A stretch of 10,564 bases of DNA from Candidatus Eiseniibacteriota bacterium (GTDB lineage: Bacteria > Eisenbacteria > RBG-16-71-46 > JABDJR01 > JAWXBZ01). This document shows, piece after piece, positions 1-7,161 of the stretch. A program made the translations under genes and the position numbers. The DNA is taken from the NCBI GenBank assembly GCA_034440375.1, contig JAWXBZ010000084.1:1-10564 (forward strand), given 5' to 3'. The notes below the pieces were generated by a model, which worked only from the letters and a program-made list of their open reading frames with translations, was not told the origin of the DNA and did not search any database. Numbering within the stretch: the stretch's first letter is position 1; the number at the start of each line of letters is the position of its first letter.

Positions 1-1
1 G

Positions 2-1144
2 CGCCGACCCCATCCGGTGGTCATGTTTACTGCCGCGGCGCTTGTTTTTCTATCCACCATGCCGTTGTGGGCTGGCGAGAAGAACCAGAACTTTTTTCGG
101 CATGATCGTCGTGGGAATTACATTGCTCACAACTATGCCTGGAACATGCTTGTGGGGCTGGAGAAGGACGCCATTCTCTTTACCAATGGCGATAACGACA
201 CGTTTCCGCTCTGGTATCTGCAGGTGGTGGAGAAGTTTCGGCCGGATGTTCGCGTGGTCTGTCTGTCACTGCTCAATACGGATTGGTGTATTCGGCAGAT
301 CCGTGACGAGGAGCCGCGCGTTCCAATGGCGATGAGCGACGACGCGATCCGGCGCCTGTCGCCGTATCGCGACAAGACCGGAAAGGTCATCCTGGTCAAG
401 GACATCATGGTCCAGAACATCCTGACCACCAACCAGTGGCGCCGTCCGGTTTACCTGGCGGTGACCGTGCCGGATCAGATGGGGCTGGAGCGTCAGCTGG
501 TCATGGAAGGACTCGTCTTCCGGGTTCACCCCGAGGCGATGCCGTTCCGAATCGATATCGATCGGACCCGGAAGAACCTGGACGAGACGTTTCAGTACCG
601 GGGCTTCCTGAACAGCGACGGCAACTGGGACACCACGGTGTACAAGGACGAACAGTCGACCCGGTTGCTCCAGAATTATGCGGCGGCCCGGGTGCAGCTC
701 GGCCTGTCGCTGTACGAGTCCGGCAATCTGGACCAGGCGCTCCTTGAACTGGAGAAGGCCCGTCGCATCTCCCCGCACTTTCCGGGTATCGTGGCGGCGC
801 TCGGTTTCGTGTACGAGCGGCTGGGGCGGTGGACGGACGCGGCCGACCACTACGAGGGGCAACTCCTGGCCTTCCCGGGCGATGCGGTCCTCCTGGGCAA
901 CCTGGGACGCGTCAAATCCCGGCTGGGGGACACGGCCGCCGCCATCGACCTGCTGGAAAAATCGATCGCGGCCGAGCCGTCGACCGATTTTGCCCCCTAT
1001 ACCGACCTGGTCAACATTCTGTTCACCCGGGGGGACCGGGCCCGTGCGGCCTCCCTCCTGACACAGTGGCTCCGCTATCATCCCGACGACCAGCGGGCGA
1101 AGAATTCGCTCGGGCTGATCCAGGGATCCATGACACGTCCCTGA
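2..1144 (+). CDS. DUF2723/TMEM260-like (GT117) membrane glycosyltransferase with TPRs, C-terminal part only (5' truncated by window)
   Basis: Frame is open from base 2 (RRPHPVVMF...). It contains the last TM helix, then AILFTNGDNDTFPLWY, DVRVVxLSLL and EGLVFR motifs and TPR-like helices. It is colinear with the C-terminal part of the downstream paralogue, so GTG17 is not the true start. Confidence 0.9.
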   Translation, partial: RRPHPVVMFTAAALVFLSTMPLWAGEKNQNFFRHDRRGNYIAHNYAWNMLVGLEKDAILFTNGDNDTFPLWYLQVVEKFRPDVRVVCLSLLNTDWCIRQIRDEEPRVPMAMSDDAIRRLSPYRDKTGKVILVKDIMVQNILTTNQWRRPVYLAVTVPDQMGLERQLVMEGLVFRVHPEAMPFRIDIDRTRKNLDETFQYRGFLNSDGNWDTTVYKDEQSTRLLQNYAAARVQLGLSLYESGNLDQALLELEKARRISPHFPGIVAALGFVYERLGRWTDAADHYEGQLLAFPGDAVLLGNLGRVKSRLGDTAAAIDLLEKSIAAEPSTDFAPYTDLVNILFTRGDRARAASLLTQWLRYHPDDQRAKNSLGLIQGSMTRP

Positions 1145-1179
1145 ACGACGTCGATGTCACTCCTTCCGGGAGATCCTTC

Positions 1180-3735
1180 GTGAACGTTGCAAAAACCGCC
1201 GACACCCTTCCGAAACCGGCCGCGCGATCGTGGTCCCTTCTGCCGGTCACGGCCGAAGGAAAACTGAATGCCTTGATCGGGGCGCTGGTGTTCCTCGTGT
1301 CGCTCTCGGTGTACTGGTACTGCGTCACGCCCACCGTGCCCTACTGGGACTCCGGCGAATACATCGCCACTTCCTACATCCTCGGCGTGCCTCACCCCCC
1401 GGGGACTCCGCTCTATGTCCTGATCGGGCGATTGTTCACCTTCCTGCCGTTGGGGTCGATCGCCGTCCGGGTGAATCTTCTCTCGGCTTTCTCGGCGGCG
1501 GCGGCGGTGCTCTTCACGTACCTGATCACGGTGCGCATCGGCCGGCGGAACTGGCCGGATGCCGGTTGGCTGGCCTACGTCGGCGGGGTAATGGCGGCCT
1601 TCTTCATGGCCTTTGGCACCACCTTCTGGGACAACGCCATCGAGGCCGAGGTCTATGCCTCGGCCTCGGCCATCATGTGTTTCTGCGTCTGGCTGGGTCT
1701 CCTCTGGTGGGAACACCAGGACGAAGCACAGAACGACCGGATCATCTGGTTGATCCTCTACGTACTGTTCCTGGCCATCGGCATCCACATGGGCACCTTC
1801 CTGGTGTTCCCCTGCATCTACCTCCTGGTGACGATGGTTCACTGGCAGCGGGTCAACAAGGGGGCCTTCTGGACATCGATCGTCATCTTCCTGCTGGCCG
1901 CCCTGATCCGAACCGGGATCACCGTCAACGCTCACCGGCAGTTCGATGTGGCGGAGCTGTCGATGGCCCCGGAATCATTCCGGACCGGGGCCTCGCTGAT
2001 GACGCTGATCATGGCGGCGGCCGTGGCCTGGAATGTCGTGTCGGTCCTCGGTGTTCGATTCGCCATCGGGATCGGCGCCCTGGCGGTGCTGGGTGTCAGC
2101 GTGCATCTCTACCTGCTGCTCAGGTCGCAGCTCGATCCGGGAATCAACGAAGCCGATCCTTCCACCTGGGATGCGTTGAAACTGGTTCTTTCGCGCGACC
2201 AGTACAAGCCGCCGGAGCCGATTTTCCGAAAGGCCAATCTGTTCCTCTACCAGTTTCCCCACATGTACTGGCGCTATTTCGAGTGGCAATTCGTACTGTT
2301 CAAGGCCGGAAGCCTGCCGACCTATTGGCTACCGATCCTGCTCGGCGTCTTCGGCGCCGTCCAGAACTACTTCCGCGAGCGGAAATCGTTCTGGCTCATG
2401 GCCACGCTTTTCCTGATCACCGGACCGTTCCTGGTCTGGTACCTGAACTTCCGCGAAGGCGAGGTTCGTGAGCGGGACTACTTCTTCGTGGCCAACTTCC
2501 ATATCTTCGCCATCTGGATCGGCCTCGGTGCCGTGGCCCTCATGCGGATGCTGGCCGGTCCCCGTGAAAAATTGGCCCCCGGAGCCCTGCGCCGGCCGCT
2601 GGTCATGGGCGCGGCCGCGCTTGGACTTGTGCTGTCGGTGCTGCCGCTGGCCGTCGGAGAGGAAAATCAGAGCTTCTTCCGCCACAACCGCCGGGGCAAT
2701 TTCGTGGCGCATGGCTACGGCCACAACATGCTGGTTGGCCTCGACAAGGATGCCATCCTCTTCACCAACGGTGATAACGACACGTTTCCTCTCTGGTACA
2801 TGCAGGAGGTCGAGCGTTTTCGGCGTGATGTTCGAGTCGTGAATCTCTCGCTGCTTCAGACAAGCTGGTACATCAAGCAGTTGCGCGACTACGTGCCAAA
2901 GGTGCCGATGCGCTTCGACGACGGCCAGATCAACGCCCTGCAGCCCTACCGGGAGAAGAACGGCAATATCGTGTATGTCAACGACCTCATGGTCGACCAC
3001 ATCCTGGAAGTCAACGAGTTCAAGCGGCCGGTCTACTATGCCGTCACCGTGCCGGACCAGCGAAACCTGGTGGGTCGGATGAAGATGGAAGGGCTGGTAT
3101 TCCGCATCTACAAGGATCCCGTGACCAACACGGTCGATGTCGAAAAACTGCGCGACAACCTGGACAACCGGTATCACTACCGTGGATTCCTGACCGCCTC
3201 CGGCGACTACGACAACTCCGTGTACAAGGACGAGCAGGCCACCCGACTGCTTCAAAACTACGCGGCGGCCCGGGTTCAGCTGGCCGTCGGCCTGCATCAG
3301 CTCGGCCGGACGAATGAGGCGCGGGCCAATCTTGATCAGGTCCGGAAATACGCCCAGTACTTCCCGGGCGTGGACGCGGCGCTGGGGGCCACGTACGCGC
3401 AGATCGGCATGGCCGACAATGCGATGGCCTATTATGGGGAACTGCTCAAGACAAATCCCAACAATGCCGGAGCACTGGCCATTCTCGGGCACCTGGAGAT
3501 CGAGAAGGGGGACACCACCTCCGCTATCGCGCACCTGACGAGAGCCATCGAGCTCGACCCCGCGGGTGATTTCAACCCGTATGCCGACCTGGCCAACATC
3601 CACCAGACCCGTGGCGACGCCGGCGCCGTGGTGCAGCTGCTGCAAGGGTGGTTGCGACTTCATCCCGAGGACACCCGGGTGCAAAATTACGTCAATTCCG
3701 TGCTCGGGCGACCTCCGGTTCCCGGCTCACGCTAG
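1180..3735 (+). CDS. DUF2723/TMEM260-like (GT117) polytopic membrane glycosyltransferase with C-terminal TPRs, 851 aa
   Basis: N-terminal PTVPYWDSGEYIATSYILGVPHPPGTPLY, NAIEAEVY, L.RDQY, EVRERDYFF and FTNGDNDTFPLWY motifs. Many hydrophobic helices and a TPR-like tail. Start reassigned to GTG1180 (GGGAG at 1168-1172, 7-nt spacer), which removes the overlap with the upstream gene. Confidence 0.9.
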   Translation: MNVAKTADTLPKPAARSWSLLPVTAEGKLNALIGALVFLVSLSVYWYCVTPTVPYWDSGEYIATSYILGVPHPPGTPLYVLIGRLFTFLPLGSIAVRVNLLSAFSAAAAVLFTYLITVRIGRRNWPDAGWLAYVGGVMAAFFMAFGTTFWDNAIEAEVYASASAIMCFCVWLGLLWWEHQDEAQNDRIIWLILYVLFLAIGIHMGTFLVFPCIYLLVTMVHWQRVNKGAFWTSIVIFLLAALIRTGITVNAHRQFDVAELSMAPESFRTGASLMTLIMAAAVAWNVVSVLGVRFAIGIGALAVLGVSVHLYLLLRSQLDPGINEADPSTWDALKLVLSRDQYKPPEPIFRKANLFLYQFPHMYWRYFEWQFVLFKAGSLPTYWLPILLGVFGAVQNYFRERKSFWLMATLFLITGPFLVWYLNFREGEVRERDYFFVANFHIFAIWIGLGAVALMRMLAGPREKLAPGALRRPLVMGAAALGLVLSVLPLAVGEENQSFFRHNRRGNFVAHGYGHNMLVGLDKDAILFTNGDNDTFPLWYMQEVERFRRDVRVVNLSLLQTSWYIKQLRDYVPKVPMRFDDGQINALQPYREKNGNIVYVNDLMVDHILEVNEFKRPVYYAVTVPDQRNLVGRMKMEGLVFRIYKDPVTNTVDVEKLRDNLDNRYHYRGFLTASGDYDNSVYKDEQATRLLQNYAAARVQLAVGLHQLGRTNEARANLDQVRKYAQYFPGVDAALGATYAQIGMADNAMAYYGELLKTNPNNAGALAILGHLEIEKGDTTSAIAHLTRAIELDPAGDFNPYADLANIHQTRGDAGAVVQLLQGWLRLHPEDTRVQNYVNSVLGRPPVPGSR

Positions 3736-3747
3736 GAGAAGAGTTTC

Positions 3748-4728
3748 ATGACCAGCGACCATCGTCCCCTGGCCCTCGTAACCGGCGCGGCCGGCTTCAT
3801 CGGCAGTCACCTGACGGAAGCCCTGCTCCTGGCCGGCTGGCGGGTGCGCGGGGCGGATTGCCTGACGAGCTACTATCCGGTCGCCTTCAAGAAGGCCAAC
3901 CTCACGGCCATTGGCGACAATGATGATTTCGAGTTCATGGAGATCGATCTCAAAACGGCCGACATGGACTTTTTATGCCAGGATGTCTCAGTGGTATTTC
4001 ATCAGGCGGCCCAGCCGGGTGTTCGGGCCAGCTGGGGATCCGAGTTCGAGGTTTACCTGCGTGAAAACATCCTGGTGACGCAACGACTGCTTGAACACTT
4101 CAAGGAGAAGCCGCTCCGGAAATTCGTGTACGCCTCGAGCTCCTCGGTTTACGGCGAAGCGGTCAGCCTCCCGATGAAGGAGACGGACCGACCCCAGCCC
4201 TACAGTCCGTATGGTGTCAGCAAGCTGGCCGCCGAGCATCTCTGTCGCCTGTACACCAGGAACTACGGCCTGCCGACCGTGTCGCTGCGCTACTTCACCG
4301 TGTGCGGTCCCCGACAGCGGCCGGATATGGCCTTTCACAAGCTGGTGCGCTCCATGCTCAAGGGGGAAGAGTTCACGGTGTACGGCGAGGGGGATCAGAC
4401 CCGTGATTTCACCTTCGTCGGTGACGCGGTGGCGGCCAATATCGCCGCGGCTGAAGTGGGGAAACCGGGGGAGGTGTACAACATCGGCGGGGGCGCTCGC
4501 GTGACGCTCAAGGAAGCCATCGCCCTCCTGGAATCGGCAGCCGGGATGAAGGCGCGCGTCCGGTTTGAAGAGAAGCAGAAGGGGGATCCCTCCCACACGG
4601 TGGCCGACACCACCCGGGCCCGCGAAGATTTGAACTACAGGCCGATGACCCCGCTGGCCGAGGCGCTCCGCCTGGAGTACCGGTGGATGGCCGACCTGCT
4701 CGAGCGGCGGGGGAGTCTGCCGGCGTGA
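3748..4728 (+). CDS. NAD-dependent nucleotide-sugar epimerase/dehydratase (extended SDR, UDP-glucuronate 4-epimerase-like)
   Basis: TGAAGFIG Rossmann motif, HQAAQPGVRASW, ASSSSVYG, catalytic YGVSK, RPDMAFHK and GDQTRDFTFV. AGGAG RBS overlaps the upstream stop codon. Confidence 0.92.
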   Translation: MTSDHRPLALVTGAAGFIGSHLTEALLLAGWRVRGADCLTSYYPVAFKKANLTAIGDNDDFEFMEIDLKTADMDFLCQDVSVVFHQAAQPGVRASWGSEFEVYLRENILVTQRLLEHFKEKPLRKFVYASSSSVYGEAVSLPMKETDRPQPYSPYGVSKLAAEHLCRLYTRNYGLPTVSLRYFTVCGPRQRPDMAFHKLVRSMLKGEEFTVYGEGDQTRDFTFVGDAVAANIAAAEVGKPGEVYNIGGGARVTLKEAIALLESAAGMKARVRFEEKQKGDPSHTVADTTRAREDLNYRPMTPLAEALRLEYRWMADLLERRGSLPA

Positions 4729-5687
4729 CCAGCCTGACGCTGGCCGCCTCCCCCGGCCCGACCCTCCGGCTGACAGTGCTCGTTCCGGCATTCAACGAGG
4801 CCGAGAGCCTGCCGGAGCTTGTTTCGACGATTGGGGTCGAGTTGGCAAAGATTGCCGGAGGGACGGAGATCCTGATCATTGATGACGGATCTTCCGATGG
4901 TACTTTGGAATTGCTCCGCGGGATTGCCGCTGGCAATCCCCTGGTGCGGGTAGTTTCCTTTCGTCGCAATTACGGCAAGTCGGCGGCCCTGGCGGTCGGC
5001 TTCGCCGAGGCACGCGGGGAAGTCATCATCACGATGGACGCTGATCTCCAGGACGATCCGGCGGAAATTCCACATCTCCTTTTGCGCCTCGACGAAGGAT
5101 ATGACGTGGTCAGCGGCTGGAAGCAGAATCGCCAGGACCCGATCATGAAGACGATGCCTTCCAAGCTGTTCAACGCCGTTACCTCCGCCGCCTGCGGCCT
5201 GCGGCTGCACGACTTCAACTGTGGCCTCAAGGCCTGGCGCCGCGAGGCGGCCCGCTCGCTGGAGGTGTATGGCGAGTTGCACCGCTACCTGCCGGCGCTC
5301 TCACATCTGCAGGGGTTCAAGGTGACCGAGTTGCCGGTCCGCCATCATGCCCGGCGATACGGGGTCACGAAGTTCGGCAGCAACCGTTTCATCAACGGGT
5401 TCCTTGACCTGTTGGCCGTCATGTTCCTGCATGGCGGCTCCAGGAGCCCCCTCCATTTTTTCGGTCGCATCGGCATCCTCTTCGGCGCGATTGGCGGCCT
5501 GATCCTGGCCTACTTCGCCGTCATCTGGGTGAGTGGCCAGTGGCTCCGGGTCCGCCCGCTGCTGCTCTTCGGCGTGGGCCTCGTGATCCTGGCCACGCAG
5601 TTCATCTCGCTGGGGCTTCTGGGCGAGATGATTGCGCGGGGGCAACAGCAGGATCGGACATATGCGATTCGGGATCGCATCGGATAA
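4725..5687 (+). CDS. GT2 polyprenol-phosphate glycosyltransferase (ArnC/GtrB/DPM1-like) with two C-terminal TM helices, 320 aa
   Basis: VPAFNEAESL, IDDGSSDGT, RNYGKSAAL, MDADLQDDP, HDFNCGLK and GELHRYLP motifs, then two hydrophobic segments. Start reassigned to GTG4725 (GTGA overlap with the epimerase stop, GGGGAG upstream). Confidence 0.9.
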   Translation: MTSLTLAASPGPTLRLTVLVPAFNEAESLPELVSTIGVELAKIAGGTEILIIDDGSSDGTLELLRGIAAGNPLVRVVSFRRNYGKSAALAVGFAEARGEVIITMDADLQDDPAEIPHLLLRLDEGYDVVSGWKQNRQDPIMKTMPSKLFNAVTSAACGLRLHDFNCGLKAWRREAARSLEVYGELHRYLPALSHLQGFKVTELPVRHHARRYGVTKFGSNRFINGFLDLLAVMFLHGGSRSPLHFFGRIGILFGAIGGLILAYFAVIWVSGQWLRVRPLLLFGVGLVILATQFISLGLLGEMIARGQQQDRTYAIRDRIG

Positions 5688-5719
5688 AAAAAGGGAGCGC
5701 CCCCGAAGGAGCGCCCCCC
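5686..5719 (-). terminator. Intrinsic (rho-independent) terminator of the - strand secreted-protein gene
   Basis: The - strand reads GGGGGCGCUCC-UUCG-GGGGCGCUCCC-UUUUUUU: an 11-12 bp stem with G-U wobbles, a cUUCGg tetraloop and a 7-U tail, starting 17 nt after the stop codon. Confidence 0.9.
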
Positions 5720-5736
5720 ATCAATTTCCTCGTTAC

Positions 5737-6867
5737 CTAGTTCCCGAAGGGCAGCGACTTGATTGCGCCCCACGTGGTGATCGCGACCGGGACAATTGCC
5801 TCGTTCAGCGTGTAGACGCCCCACTCGGAAATCGTACCCGTGTCGCCGACGCCATTGTCGCCGACATGAAGGGTGAAGCAGCCACCCTTGCGGAAATTGT
5901 CGAACACCGACAGCGGGTCCGCATTGGCATTTCCCCTGTAGCAGCCGCCGGGGATGTTGAAGGCGCTGGTGCCGCAGGAGAAGGGCGCGGTGCCGATGAC
6001 GGCCGTGGAAGCGTCACTGATGTAGATATTGTTGGCGGACAGCAGATTGGACGGGCAGCCGAAGCCGGTCCCGACGGTCGGGATGCAGCTGGCGCGGGCC
6101 GGCCGACAGATGAACTTGGAGCTGGCATCGGCCAGCCCATCGCAATCCTGGTCATAGCTGAGCGTGGCCACGATGTCGCCGAGCCAGGTGTGCGTCATGC
6201 GCAGGCTGACGATGACGTCCAGGAAGCGGGTGCCGTCGTTGGCCGTCGGCAACGTGCCGACCACGACGCCGCCCAGATTGTTGTCCGGAATCGCCAGCGG
6301 CGGCGAAACGGTCACGATGTCGCCCTTGTAGTTCGGAATGTCACAGGTGAGCGGCGGCGGGGTGTTGCAGGTGATGAACGCCTTGTACAAGCCGGCGCTG
6401 GTGGCACCGAAGCCGCGGATACGACCGTAGTAGGTACCGGTGTAGGTTGCGGTGAAATTGAGGAGCGAATAAGCGCCGGGGCCGGCGTCATCGTCGGAAG
6501 CCAGCTGCGTCGTGCCGTCCGCGGCGTACAGGTGAATGAACGTGTCGACGGTGGGCGTGCCATCGGCGTCGGTGCCGAAGGAGATGATCTGGCCGGCCGT
6601 CGCGGTAAAGACGATATAGTCGTTGTCAGCGGCCGTGATGGCGGCCGGGCGAAGCACATCGCCGCAGCTGAAGGCGTTGGCGGTGGGGGCCGTGTTATTC
6701 GGTTCCACTTCCGGCACGTCTGCCGCGACGGAGTAGGCGCCCATCTGTTCGGTCCACTTCGCCTCGTCCTCGATCTCGGGAACGTCGGCCGCCAGGGCCA
6801 TGGTGGCGGTGAGGGCCAGTACGGCCGTCAGCGTGGTTGCCAGCACGTGGTAGCGTTTACGAGCCAT
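5737..6867 (-). CDS. Secreted protein: signal peptide + PPC (pre-peptidase C-terminal)-like domain + proprotein convertase P-domain + C-terminal TTWGAIK motif
   Basis: Sec signal MARKR...ALA|A. PPC-like region EVEPNN...DNDYIVF...VDTFIHLY...DDDAGPG...GTYY. P-domain-like region AIPDN...VSLRMTHTWLGDI...FTLHVGD...DTGTISEW. AGGAG RBS lies 8 nt upstream and the gene has its own terminator. Confidence 0.85.
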   Translation of the reverse strand: MARKRYHVLATTLTAVLALTATMALAADVPEIEDEAKWTEQMGAYSVAADVPEVEPNNTAPTANAFSCGDVLRPAAITAADNDYIVFTATAGQIISFGTDADGTPTVDTFIHLYAADGTTQLASDDDAGPGAYSLLNFTATYTGTYYGRIRGFGATSAGLYKAFITCNTPPPLTCDIPNYKGDIVTVSPPLAIPDNNLGGVVVGTLPTANDGTRFLDVIVSLRMTHTWLGDIVATLSYDQDCDGLADASSKFICRPARASCIPTVGTGFGCPSNLLSANNIYISDASTAVIGTAPFSCGTSAFNIPGGCYRGNANADPLSVFDNFRKGGCFTLHVGDNGVGDTGTISEWGVYTLNEAIVPVAITTWGAIKSLPFGN

Positions 6868-6875
6868 GGTGAATT

Positions 6876-6880
6876 CTCCT
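6876..6880 (-). promoter_or_regulatory. Shine-Dalgarno AGGAG for the secreted protein
   Basis: CTCCT on the + strand, 8 nt from the ATG at 6867. Confidence 0.75.
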
Positions 6881-7029
6881 CGGTGCTGCCCAGGGGATGG
6901 GCGGGGTGAGTAACTCGGAGACAGATCGCTGAACCCCGATCGCGGCAGGGACCTTCATTTGCGACGCGGCTTATCGGGGGGTCCTTAACGGCGCCACCGC
7001 GTCCCTCGCGTGCGGCACCTCAGATCGGC

Positions 7030-7058
7030 ATCATAAGACTCGTTTACGGGTGGCACAA
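7030..7058 (-). promoter_or_regulatory. Candidate sigma70 promoter for the secreted-protein gene
   Basis: On the - strand: TTGTGC (-35, 7058-7053), 17-nt spacer, TATGAT (-10, 7035-7030), in a locally AT-richer divergent intergenic region. Confidence 0.5.
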
Positions 7059-7161
7059 TGGTTATTGATCAAAATCCAGTAGGATGTGCCACGTGCCGGG
7101 CGGTTCGTACCCGGATGGGGACGGGCGCCGATCCCCACGACCACTCAGGGGGAGCGGGATC

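Noticed and set aside
829-1179. 117-aa N-terminal extension of the 968-aa ORF
   Set aside because: It overlaps the upstream gene in another frame and has an R/G/P-rich off-frame composition. A better start with an SD exists at GTG1180.
2329-3684. 451-aa - strand ORF, and similar ORFs at 266-1081, 1078-1935, 1230-2471, 3988-4791 and 4635-5282
   Set aside because: All lie within well-supported genes on the opposite strand or in another frame and show no recognisable motifs.
5694-5718. Direct repeat GGAGCGCCCCC x2
   Set aside because: Explained by the two arms of the terminator hairpin; not a CRISPR or iteron array.
5632-6909. 425-aa + strand ORF
   Set aside because: Antisense shadow of the secreted-protein gene, which has the recognisable domains, RBS and terminator. 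Long shadow ORFs are expected at high GC.
7051-7091. TGGCAC hexamers on both strands as sigma54 -24 boxes
   Set aside because: Neither is followed by a TTGC/GC -12 element at the required spacing (TTAT and ACTG are found instead).
7084-7161. ATG7084 start for the nucleotidyltransferase (and ATG4683 for the GT2)
   Set aside because: Both add non-homologous N-terminal sequence. SD-supported TTG7162 and the coupled GTG4725 fit the family starts better.
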